The notes: generated by a model from the sequence alone, not told the origin. DNA of 33,559 nt from Octopus sinensis (GCF_006345805.1 NW_021836900.1:1-33559), one strand, 5' to 3'; shown: positions 22,167-33,318, counted from the first letter of the stretch. Numbers and translations are program-made.

Positions 22167-22875
22167 TTAATCCTTTGGTTACGTAATTATATTCGTAGTC
22201 ATTCCGATAATGATGCTAATTCCGTACAAAGAGAAAAGAATAAATCTTTATATATAAAAGAGAGGTTGTGTGTCTGCCTCCTACGATTTAGATTCCTAAC
22301 TACTCCCACATTTTGCGGTGCAGTGTAACCAAAAGTGGGTATCTTATAGTCGTGATTCATATCGAGCCCTTCTGGGTATTAGTGCGCGTCTACGATGAGT
22401 CTACGATTAAAAAAAAAATTTACCATAATTTTTTTCCCATTTTTAATGCATTTTTTTGCTATTATATAAGGGAAGTAACTCTCTAAAAATGTATTATTAA
22501 ATCTCAGAACGTAAAAAGCTACAGTAACACCCCATCTTGTGGTTAGCCATATTGAGATGGCTATTATACTTTACATCTCTAAAAATGCTTATATAGTTAT
22601 TTCCCTTACAAACCCGAGCAACGCCGGGCGATACTGCTAGTGTTTTATAAATGCTTTTGCAATGCTTTATCCAGTAATTTATTTAGGTACGGTTTTCATA
22701 TTTACCACTAAAAGTATTTGATTCTTGTTCTGTAAGAAGTGTTACTGAGGGTGTTGTTGCTTCTCACAGAATACGGAGAGGTTTTATTCTTTTCAAAGTC
22801 GCGGGGTTAAAACTGCTTTCCGTAGTTAAGAGTATTAAAATATTGAGCGGATATATATCAGCTTTTTGCGTTGAA
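22167..22875 (+). mobile_element. Old TTAA-initiated repeat, copy 2, interrupted by a Helitron-like element
   Basis: Starts TTAATCCTTT. Colinear with the reverse complement of 21705-22047 once 22245-22640 is removed. Confidence 0.55.
22245..22640 (+). mobile_element. Non-autonomous Helitron-like element
   Basis: A|TCTTTATATATAAAAG...CCCGAGCAACGCCGGG hairpin (22613-22628)...CGATACTGCTAG|T. This gives the canonical TC...CTRR ends, subterminal hairpin and AT target. Confidence 0.85.
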
Positions 22876-22961
22876 GGAGTTAATTGTCGCTACTCATATG
22901 TGAGAGTCATGAGCTCATAAGTGGGTCCATAAAATTACAACAGCTATTTCTATTACAGATG

Positions 22962-23182
22962 AAGGCAGCGAACAAGCCAATTCGTTACATCGTCGGAAAA
23001 AAATGCTTAGCTGTGTTTCCATTGGCCTTTTATGTTCTGCGTTAAAATCTCGCCGCGTTTAACTTTGTCTTCATTCTTTCGAGGTCAATTAAATAAAATA
23101 CCTAACAAGCACTGGGGTCAATGCACTGGGGTCGACAACTCCCTTCCCCTAAAATTGCTGGCCGTGTGCCAAAATTTAAAGC
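22962..23182 (+). mobile_element. Degenerate family A SINE
   Basis: AAGGCAGCGA...AATGCTTAGC...CACTGGGGTC...AAATTGCTGGCCGTGTGCCAAAATTTAAA. Confidence 0.65.
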
Positions 23183-24307
23183 TATTACTTTTGCAGATGA
23201 GCAACGTTAAAAGACTTCATCAGCGCTTCAACTGGCAAGCTTGATTGAGCCAATGCAAATAAATGTAATATAGAAAACATCATACACTTTGTATACGTGT
23301 TGGCAAAGTTAAATCAAACAAAGCTATTAATAATGTGATATACATAATCGCTTTGATAAACGATACGACTGAAGCGGCGAGGAGAGGAAAATGTATTTTT
23401 TAAAAATCGATCTGAAATGAAACTATCATCAAACAACTATAATTGATACATATAAAGTGACACTAATAACACCGATTTACTCTATTTGGATACAGCTGAA
23501 TTTAAAACAGGAATATAGAAGATACTACCATACAAATACGTTAGATTATCCGATATGTTATTACAAGTGAATGGTAAAAAGAAGTGTAGAAATAAAGTTT
23601 TGTTTAAACGATGATTTGGATAATTATTCTTAATACGATCCCGGCCAAATTCGATTGTAAAATATGCTAGTCGCTGTTGTGTACATCACAGGAGAATATC
23701 TTCTCCTTTTACGACGACAATATATTCATAGCGTACTCGGCTCATTAGTGCAAGGGATTCTGGGACAATGGTGTTTCCTAATTTGCCTTGTCAGCCATGT
23801 TCGTCAGAGGTCTCGCTGAAATTATAAACAAAGTCACTGGCTCGTTTAGGCTCAAATAACGGATGCTTCTTGCTGACGAGACACGACATATGGAAACACT
23901 GATATTCCATATTCCTTTGTACCAATGAGTCAAGTGTCTTTTGAACAGATTGTCATTGAAAAAGTAACTGTGCTCCTGTGGTACACAATACTGTCTAGTA
24001 AATTTTCTTTCGAATCAGATCTCGCTAACACATTAACGAGCATGTAATGAATTTTGTGAAACTATCAGAAAATTTCTCACAGTAATTTTATAAAATGAAG
24101 ATGTTTCCTAAACTACTATCTTTGAGTCCGAGTATTCCTCTGTAATCAACGAGATGTGTGTTTTATGCATTAAGAAAGTGACAGATGAATATCTTCGGGA
24201 GCTTAAGCGTTAAATGTTTTTGAAGGATTATACAATATGGCAGCAATTTCTTATGGCTGAAACAAAAAATCCACGATGAAGGTTATAAAAAAATAAGATG
24301 CAGCTTA

Positions 24308-24692
24308 TCTCTCTCTCTATAAAGCTGAAGTTGTCTGAGTATGGCAGGTTTGGTAGCCTTCAACTAACACTATCTCCTCCGAGACCCTGCGGCGCAAGTT
24401 GACCAAAACTGAGAGTATGATAGAAGAAGGCTTGCTCTTCCTTCCGTAGAAGAAAAAATTCAAATCGGACCATGTTAATACCAAAAATTATTTACATCAA
24501 AAAGGTGCTTCTTTCTTATGAAAATCCCTATTTTTTACGATTTTTTTGACTGCTGTGTCGCTATTTTTCGGTGTATTTGATTATCATCTTCAAATACAAT
24601 AACAAGCTACATAATGCAAAAGTTTTACTTTTCAAAAATTTTAATTCTGAAGGGTCGAAACAAACCCGACCAACGCCGGGTGATACTGCTAG
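24308..24692 (+). mobile_element. Non-autonomous Helitron-like element
   Basis: A|TCTCTCTCTCTATAAAGCTGAAGTTGTCTG...ACAAACCCGACCAACGCCGGGTGATACTGCTAG|T. Confidence 0.85.
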
Positions 24693-26065
24693 TAAACGTA
24701 ACAAATTAAATCAATATTTAGGTAAAGGTAAAATTGATACTAAATACGATTTTAAGTGATATGATTGTGTGAAAAATCAACAGATACCGGGTGGAAGCGT
24801 CAATATTTACAAATCGAAAAAATTTAACCACTTCAATATAGGGAGAAAATAAAATTATTGAAATCTCTTGGAATAAAGTATCGAGAAATTGTACGCATGT
24901 TTGAAGATCGGAGACACTGACTTGGAAATCAAGAATTTTGATCCGAAAGTGTCCAATGAGAAATTAGAATCAGATGGACGATGGCATATTCCAAAGCACG
25001 CGTATGACTGTTATGGACAATTAATTATAGTTTTATCATTCTATTATTTCCTTTAATTCTTTCCTGTATAAATTGCTTTAGTTGTTAATTCAAGCCTTAT
25101 TTCAACTTTTGTTTATGTTATGGAGTGAAATGTAGCACTATTTATGTGCGAAGTAACTTTATGCTTGCGATCATGAATAAACCAGCTCAAATGAAACACG
25201 ACATTTTATAAGAAATAACACGATTCTCAGATAACAAATTGACTGATTTTTCCACTATCCGTGATAATAGACTTCGGGTAAGGCCCATAAATATACATTG
25301 ATTATCCTGTACGGTTGTAAATAGTTGAATTACTGTGAACCACTTTTGTTTGCTCGAAGTGATAGTCTAAAGTTAACGTTAGAGCTGGATTACAGCAATA
25401 TTTCATATGGAGCGTAGATAAAACAGTTAACGTTACACGGAAAATGTAAAACCTATACCATATGACGGAAAACATAATTTGTTCCGTTTTTTTAAAAAAA
25501 ATTTCTTTTTGTTTTTTTTTTCAGAAGACTGCAACCTATTTACGAGAATGTAACGAATACCAGTTCAGATTGTGTAACATTATTTGTACTTCTCAAAGGT
25601 ATTAGCAACCCCAGTAAAGTAGAATCATTTAAAAAGGGAGTAAAAAACGATATGAAGACTTATTTCGTTGTTAGCTTAGGTTATTATGAAGTAACGGATT
25701 AGCAGAAACGCTACAGTGCCGTAGAAAATGTCTTGCAGTAGTGGCGTATCCATGTTCTGAGTTCGAATTATACCTGCTTTTCATTGTTTAAGAATTAAAA
25801 GAAAGTACCAATTAAATACTGGGATTGCTAGTATGATCCGCCACCATGTATGGATTTGTGCTTGTAATACAAAATTATTATTCTTAGATAACTCCTTATT
25901 GGAAAGCAGATATTAGAGCGCTGGACGTACGGGCATTACATTAAAATACTACTCTAAACGTCTAAATATTTAATTACCCTCATCTTGCTTTGCGGTATAT
26001 AAATAGTAAACATTATTTACGTTATTTACATTTGACGGATATTTGTCCTCATCTTATTTGTTGTT

Positions 26066-26111
26066 AACACAACGTTTCGGCTGATATACCCTCCAGCCTT
26101 CATCAGGTGTC
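26066..26111 (-). ncRNA. Minimal type I hammerhead ribozyme motif
   Basis: GACAC-CUGAUGA-A-GGCUG GAGGGUAUAU CAGCC-GAAA-CGUU-GUGUU. Stem I is 5 bp, stem II is 5 bp, and stem III is a palindromic ACGU, as in PLE minimal hammerheads. Confidence 0.8.
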
Positions 26112-26158
26112 TTGGGGAAATTTTGAATCTGGGTTCTCATTCCTAAGGTATTTTTCGA

Positions 26159-26198
<40 letters not shown>

Positions 26199-26375
26199 GT
26201 TGTTGTTGTTGTTGTTGCTGCTCTTCTTCTTCTTCTTCTTCTTCTTCTTCTCTTCTTCTTCTTCTTATTATTATTATTATTATTCAGGTCACTGCCTGGA
26301 ACCGAACTCGTAATCTTGGGGTTAATAGCCCGCGCTCTTAACCCCAATGATAACCCAGATTCAAAATTTCCCCAA

Positions 26376-26421
26376 GACACCTGATGAAGGCTGGAGAGTA
26401 TATCAGCCGAAACATTTTGCT
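26376..26421 (+). ncRNA. Second, mutated copy of the minimal hammerhead
   Basis: GACAC-CUGAUGA-A-GGCUG...CAGCC-GAAA-CAUU-UUGCU. The core and stem II are intact; the stem III palindrome and stem I are disrupted. Confidence 0.65.
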
Positions 26422-26637
26422 AACAACAAACAAGATGAGGACAATATTCGTCAAATGTAAATAATGTAAGTAATATACATAATTCCTCATCTCTTAAATA
26501 TAGAATTGTATTAATAGTAAATAACTGTGGATTATATCTACTTTAGCAGTTTCCTTCAATAAACCAATCCAAATTTTACATTCTCGAAATATTCTTATTT
26601 CTCTCTTCAAGGATATATTTATAAATCCTTATATTGG

Positions 26638-26854
26638 TTTATCATTTATCTTTTAAGTGTTGCATTCTTTGGGCTGCGTCTATGCTGGGGCACTGATTTG
26701 AAAGATTTTAGTCGAACAGACCAACTCCAGTATTAATCTTATTATTATAGTTGCGAACTTATTCTGTCGGTTCCTTTTGCCGAATCACTAAATCACAGGG
26801 ACGTAAACAAACCAGTACCGGTTTTCAAGCGATGGTGGGGGACAAATACAAACA

Positions 26855-26935
<81 letters not shown>

Positions 26936-27092
26936 GACGGGCTTCTTTCCGTCTACCAAATCCACTCACAAGGCTTTGATCGGCCCGAGGCTATAGTAGA
27001 AGACACTCGCTCAAGTTGCCACGAAGTGGGACTGAACCCGGAACCATGTGGTTTGCAAGCAAGCTACTTACCACACAGCCACTCCTGCGCCT
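26638..27092 (-). mobile_element. SINE family C, full head, expanded internal (TA)n(TG)n
   Basis: Minus strand AGGCGCAGGAGTGGCTGTGTGGTAAGTAGCTTGC...GGGTTCAGTCCCAC..., with tail AGTGCCCCAGCATAGACGCAG. Confidence 0.85.
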
Positions 27093-27617
27093 ATAATTTT
27101 TCAAAATACTTTGGATTTGTGTCTTCAATTTTGCTCCATAGTCAACATAGTTCGTGGTGTAACACCCAAACACTTGTTAACCAGCAGAACAATATTAAAG
27201 ATCAGTGTCATGAATGAACGATCATTTCATAGTTGAATCGATTCTACGTGAATCGATTCCTACGTGAAGTACTGAATAATCTGCCGCGCACCAGTAATCA
27301 TAAGTAAGAAACACTTCGTAACACAAATACAACCAGAATACTAGCACGGATTAATGGAAGACTCTGATCTAAGGCCAAGTACTCTAACAGTTTGTTGGCG
27401 AACTTCAATTCACTATTTGATCAAATATATCATAGATTGATTGTGTATTGATCCTGCTTATCAAGCAGAACCAAATGGTCGGTGTTCTTTAACCTCAGGA
27501 CAGCGCTATCAAGCTGAAAAAAAAAGTGTTCTATTCATGAACATCTATTGTATTTTTTCTGTCAGTCGCTGATCTACGTGGAATTAAATCTTTTAAGAAG
27601 GTGAGTAAGGTGAAACT

Positions 27618-27789
27618 GGAGAGAGAGAGAGAGAGAGAGAGATAAAGAGAGAGAGAGAGAGAGAGAGAGATAAAGAGAGAGAGAGAGAGAGAGATCGGCA
27701 GAGATTTGGATGGTATTTCTAAAATATCTATTCCTTACATTTAAAACCACAGTTTTTTTATACATACATATGCATGCACTAACTTCCAT

Positions 27790-27863
<74 letters not shown>

Positions 27864-27882
27864 CATATATATATATACATAC

Positions 27883-27928
<46 letters not shown>
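27618..27928. repeat. (GA)n and (TA)n microsatellites
   Basis: Directly visible. Confidence 0.9.
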
Positions 27929-27930
<2 letters not shown>

Positions 27931-28369
27931 CGACTGAGGTGTTAGAAACACCTACATTGCTGGCGCTGAATGCGTGTCAACTAACAATACATAGACAATT
28001 AGGGCTCGAGTTTCGGTCACGTTGGATTAACATATTCCATTTTCATTCATTAGAACAAGGTGAAAGTGCTGTGATTTGAAGATTTGGCTGGTATTACTAC
28101 ATAAGCATTAATTTATTTGGACGCCGATGGAATTAGCTCATCACCCTAGGTTGCATTTGATCAGCGAAACCTTCAGTTCATTTGCTGGGTCATTATATGC
28201 ATGGATAGTTGTAGTGAATGAAGCTTATTTGCACTAAATGTTGCCTATTGGCAAACCTCGATTTAGTAAACATTATATAAATAGATCAATTATATAAGCA
28301 AAATAAATGCGACAATGTATTATCAAATATTCATATTCTATATAGGAATGAACAACATTAGATACTATT

Positions 28370-28581
28370 GGTTTCAAATTTTGGCACAAGGCCAGCAATT
28401 TCGTGGAAAGAGTAAGTCGATTACGTTGATTCCAGTAATCAACTGGTACTTATTTTATTGACCCTGAAAGGATGAAAAGCGAAGTCAATCTTAGCGGAAT
28501 TTGAACTCAGAATGTAAAGACGGACGAAATGCCGCTAATCATTTTGACCGGCGTGTTAACGATTCTGCCAGCTCACACCTT
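28370..28581 (-). mobile_element. Full-length monomeric SINE family A (a further tail fragment at 28595-28641)
   Basis: Minus strand AAGGTGTGAGCTGGCAGAATCGTTAACACGCCGG...GAGTTCAAATTCCGC...CATCCTTTCAGGGTCAATAAAATAAGTACCAGTT...CTGGCCTTGTGCCAAAATTTGAAACC. Confidence 0.88.
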
Positions 28582-28641
28582 CATCATTAATAATGGTTTG
28601 AAATTTTGGCACAAGGTCAATAATTTGGTGGGAGGGGGAAG

Positions 28642-29679
28642 TTTGTGGTTGCTCACTCGGACATGTCCTCAGCCATAGAGTCAGCCACACTCACCAGCTA
28701 TGCTTATGATACAAAAGTATCGTAGGCAGTGAAGGATCCCACTGACATCCTAAGACTGCAGAATGACCTGAACGCAATATATTAATGGGCTGGTGAGAAT
28801 AATATGCTGTTCAATGGCAAAAAATTTCAAGCACTCTTCTATCAGTCCACAAACTACAGTTGAAGTACACGGGACCAGTAGGCAATGTAATCCCAGATTT
28901 AGAGTCGGTACGTGACCTGGAAATCCAATGAGCAACGACGCAACTTTCCATGTGCACATTTCTCAGATGGCAACACTATGCAGGTGGGTGGCACGTTGGA
29001 TCCTTAGATCCTTCAGGACCAGGAGCAGAAACACAATGCTTCTGCTTTGGAGAACCTTTATCCTCAGTCATCTAGATTACTGATCCCAACTGTGGTCCCT
29101 ACAGTGTGTTAAACTTATTGCGGAACTAGAGGTGATCCAACGCCACTACACAAAGAAGATAGACCCAGTAAAACACATGGGCTACTGGGAAAGGCTGAAG
29201 GAACAGGGATTCTACACCCTGGAGAGGAGACGTGGGAGATATGTAGTGCTATACATATGGAAAATAATGGAAAGTCTAGCTCCTAATTTCGGAATCGTAA
29301 TCTACGGCACTGCATAGTACCAAACTGGACAGCACTAAAGGACACTACACAGTACCAAATATCCCATCGTCTCCATCAAGGATACGAACCCAATAATTTA
29401 ATAGCTTGGGATTCAACGGACCTAAACTTTTTAATGCCCTACTACGGATAATCAGGTATCTGCAAGGTATTGACATGGAAGTCTTCAAAAAATGGGTTTG
29501 ATAGATTTTATTTGCAATACCGGATGAACCCATATCGGGACAGGAAGTACAAAGAAGAGCGGCAACGTCCAATTCGCTATTTCACCAGACGTAATGCTGG
29601 AAAAATCCCCGGATGCAGTAAAGGCGGTGCACCAGCATGGCCTCAGCCTCTGACTGAAACCCATGAAAGAAATAAAAGA
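28642..29679 (+). mobile_element. 5'-truncated, decayed CR1-group LINE (RT catalytic region to 3' tail)
   Basis: SYAYDTK (mutated YADD, 28699-28710), LQNDLNAIY*WAGENNMLFNGKKF, VRDL, LWRTFILSHLDY, YWERLK..FYTLERRRGRY. Multiple stops and frameshifts; A-rich tail. Confidence 0.92.
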
Positions 29680-29696
29680 TATATATATATATGGAT

Positions 29697-30070
29697 TGGC
29701 TGTGTGGTAAGTAGCTTGCTTACCAACCACATGGTTCCGAGTTCAGTCCCACTGCATGGCACCTTGGGCAAGTGTCTTCTACTATAGCCTCGGGCCAACC
29801 AAAGCCTTGTGAGTGAATTTAGTAGACGGAAGTGTGTGTATATGTTTGTGTGTCTGTGTTTGTCCCCCATCAAACATCGCTTGACAACCGATGCTGGTGT
29901 GTTTACATCCCCGTAACTTCGCGGTTCGGCAAAACGAGAACCGATTGAATAAGTACTAGGCTTATAAAGAATAAGTCCTTGGGTGGATTTGCTCGACTAA
30001 AGGCGGTGCCCCAGCATGGCTGCAGTCAAATGACTGAAACAAATAAAAGAGTAAAAAAAACAGTAAAGAG
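29697..30070 (+). mobile_element. SINE family C
   Basis: A/B boxes, CORE-like GCACCTTGGGCAAGTGTCTT, and tail AAAGGCGGTGCCCCAGCATGGCTGCAGTCAAATGACTGAAAC. Confidence 0.9.
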
Positions 30071-30191
30071 TATATATTATCCGAAATGTACAGACTTATA
30101 TATCCATCACAGCTGATCTTAGCAATCTTACCTGTACATTCTAGTGCATCTTTAACCTGACTTATGGATTCTTAGACAACTTACGCGCGCG

Positions 30192-30229
<38 letters not shown>

Positions 30230-30519
30230 ACATGCATGTATGTATTATAGTGCACAAGGGAGACAAATAAGTTGTGGTATGATGTACGATAAGATAAAAA
30301 TATAAATTATTAGTGTATGATAAGACACTAATATAATTTACGCTCAGTATGAGTTACAAAGGAAATACTTTTTTTCATTTTATTTAGTCATAAATGAAAT
30401 ATTGTACACACATGAATAACTGTAAAACAAAAGAAAATTTACTCTTGAAAAAGGTTTCGAAGTAATAGAACAAATTAAAGTAACTTTAAACAAACTTTGG
30501 AACTCAGCTTGACAAATGT

Positions 30520-30855
30520 ACGCATATACATACCTGCGCACACACACATACATATACACGCGTACACACACTCACACATACACATACACACACATACAAA
30601 TATATATACAATACACACTTATAATATGCACACACACATATACAGCGATATATTCATACACATGCATCCTTCCCTCCCTCCCTCCCTCCCTCCCTCCATC
30701 CATCCATCCATGCACATACATATATACATATATATGTATATATATGCATATATATTTCAGCATATATATATATATATATATATATAAATCCAAATACATA
30801 CTTATATGTGTGTGTATATATATATATGCACACACACAACACACACACACACATA

Positions 30856-30896
<41 letters not shown>

Positions 30897-30938
30897 GTAT
30901 GTATGTATGTATATATACATAGATACATAGATACATAG

Positions 30939-31021
<83 letters not shown>

Positions 31022-31027
31022 GTATGT
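30520..31027. repeat. Compound (CA)n/(CCCT)n/(TA)n low-complexity region
   Basis: Directly visible. Confidence 0.9.
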
Positions 31028-31459
31028 AAAACGAACATTAAAGAAGTGTTTTACTTATCTTCACTCTTTTCATATATTTCTCCTTTATAAACAAATGAGC
31101 GGCCCTATCTCTAAGAAATATCAGATAATATGATAAGAGAAATGTTTATTCACGTTCGATAAACATGTAGAAGTCGCAAACTACCAGTCTATTTTATAAA
31201 ATGATTTATGGAAATGTAAACAAAACACTCCAGCACGATATCAAATGATAATATCCTCATTTGATATAAATTACTTAGAAATATATTCGGAATTTATCTT
31301 AGGAATTTTTCGTTAGGGAAGGCATTTAAAAGAACTTTCAGACTCATATATCAATATTGGAATTTTATTACATACGTTTGTTTGTATATGTGGCTGCGTA
31401 GTCTGAAGAATGTGTGTATCTAATAGCTTGCGTATGTGTGTGTAAATGTAGGTGTTTGC

Positions 31460-31496
<37 letters not shown>

Positions 31497-31817
31497 TGCA
31501 TATGTATGTTTATATGCGTGTGTATTTCTCAATTTACCTTTCACGTATTCGGTTGTCCGGAGTTTCCCAAATACATATACATCCATTACTATAGGAGAAA
31601 TATAGTATGTATGTATGGATTTATGTATGTACGTATGTATGTATCTATATATGTATGAATGTATGTACGTATGTCTGTCTCTTTGTCTTTTTAGTTTAGA
31701 ATACATTTTGACTGACTACCTGCCTGGTAGCAAGGTTGTATAGGAAAGGAATCTGTTTTGTTCATCATTATTTAAATCTGAAGAACGTCTCACAAATTTT
31801 TATCATCATTTGTAGTA

Positions 31818-31955
31818 CCGTAAATCCTCGAGTATAATCCACATTTTCCCCCTCAAAATTTAAAGGTCAAAATCCCAAGTGCGTACTATATACGAGGTTA
31901 AAAATGTAAGATATTTTCTAAGCAATGTCCGAGTCTCTATTTGCTGTCCGGTTTT
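31818..31955 (+). mobile_element. Left end of a pogo/Tc2-like DNA transposon
   Basis: TA|CCGTAAATCCTCGAGTATAATCC with an internal inverted copy TACTATATACGAGG (~31884-31897). This resembles CCGTA-initiated Tc2/pogo TIRs; the right end is absent. Confidence 0.45.
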
Positions 31956-31959
31956 TCTA

Positions 31960-32125
31960 GGTCGCCATAACATAGCAGTTTGGCAAACGTGACCGATACG
32001 ATAAGTTCCAGACCGAAAAATAAATAGTGGGGTTGACTTGTTCGAGTAAAAATCCTTTCAAGGCGGCCCCCAATCATGGCCAAAGTTTAATAACTGAAAG
32101 GAATACAAAATAAAAGATAAAACTG
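31960..32125 (+). mobile_element. 3' half of a degenerate SINE family C
   Basis: TAACATAGCAGTTTGGCAAACGTGACCGATA...TTCAAGGCGGCCCCAATCATGGCC...TAACTGAAA...TAAAAGATAAAA. Confidence 0.65.
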
Positions 32126-32199
32126 AAAAGAAAAACAAATAAAAAGAACAACGAAATGGTAGAATTCCGCAATAAATATTAGGAATTCACTTTTTATGT

Positions 32200-32765
32200 A
32201 ATTATTTTGACATCAAATGGCGAAGATTAAATCTGTTAAAATCAGCATTGCCAAATTTGTGGCCTGGTACAAATAACAGAAATAAATATTCTAAGACAAT
32301 ATGATAGTTGAGGATTAGAAGAATCGATATGTTGTTGTATTTTCTTTGGTTCTTTACTTTCTAAGATCCTATTCTACCCAAATCAACTTTAGTTTTTCAT
32401 TTTTTCGAGCTCATCCTCCGATTCTTTATATTCTGAGTTTACACATTACTTTTTATCCTTTTGAGCTTGACAAAACAATGTGCCTGTCTAGTACTGTAGT
32501 CAACGAATTTGACTAATACTCTCCACTCAAATTTGCTGACACTGTGCTTGAATCAGAAATAAATATCTTAACTCAATATAAACTTTCAGAATTCTTAGAA
32601 CATCAAAGTACCTGGTGGCATTTTCTCAGTTCTTTACGTTTTAAGTTCAAATTCCCTTGAGATCATCCTTACCTTTCATCTTTTTGGTCGATTAAATAAG
32701 GTACCAGTCAATTAACGATCCATCCATGAGAATTTTTTGCTTTTTCCCTAAATTAGAACCAGCTA
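32200..32765 (+). mobile_element. Cluster of highly decayed family A SINE fragments
   Basis: For example TTTACGTTTTAAGTTCAAATTCCC...CCTTTCATC...GGTCGATTAAATAAGGTACCAGTC (32633-32710). Confidence 0.5.
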
Positions 32766-32982
32766 TTTTTTCGAGTAAATTAGAAAATTATGTTGGTCTT
32801 CGTGATGTGAACTGTTGAAAAATTCGGGCTATAATCTCATTTCTTATCCGAAGCCACCTGGACATTTTGATACCTCTACAGGAATTAAATCATCAATTAC
32901 AAATTTACCGTTCCTATACAGATGTACTAAACGTTGTTTTAGGTTGTAAAGTAATTTAGTTTGACTTGTAATGGAAACATAC

Positions 32983-33060
32983 ATTATCACTAGTTGCTTG
33001 AGTTTTTCATTCTGCTCTTTGCGCAGAACGGAAATAGTATTTTGATTATCACTCTTTCTT
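32983..33060 (-). CDS. Candidate internal exon of an unidentified host gene
   Basis: Acceptor CTTTTATTTATGTAG| and donor |GTATGT bound 78 nt (frame-preserving), open as RKSDNQNTISVLRKEQNEKLKQLVI. Non-repetitive context; no recognised homology. Confidence 0.3.
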
Positions 33061-33318
33061 CTACATAAATAAAAGATTAGACGAAATATATTATATCTAA
33101 ATACATCCGTAAATTTGTAAAGCGAAACTTTGGACGATATCATAACAGTGCAATTTGATAAATAAGAAGCAAAAGAAAGCAAAAGAAATATAAGAAAAAA
33201 AAAGACAATTACAAATAATTGAAGAGATGTAAACTAAATTTCCTTTTTCCTCATGGCCTTGTATATAAAGGAAACAAGGAAAATGGCGGATCAGCCATTT
33301 TAGTTTACACATTAAAAG

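Larger units (their letters stand above)
26011..26512 (-). mobile_element. tRNA-headed short element with triplet-repeat linker, hammerhead-containing tail and inverted tail duplication (candidate Penelope-dependent SINE)
   Basis: tRNA-like head at 26343->26284; (AAT/AAG/AAC)n at 26161-26283; tail at 26141->26018 with its inverted copy at 26346-26468. The flanking direct repeat AATAGTAAA lies at 26002-26010 and 26513-26521. Confidence 0.8.

Noticed and set aside
23873-23905. CTGACGA...GAAA hammerhead candidate
   Set aside because: No pairing for stem II or stem I.
26054-26380. Opposing ORFs both starting MSWGNFESG
   Set aside because: This is a by-product of the inverted repeat and the triplet linker.
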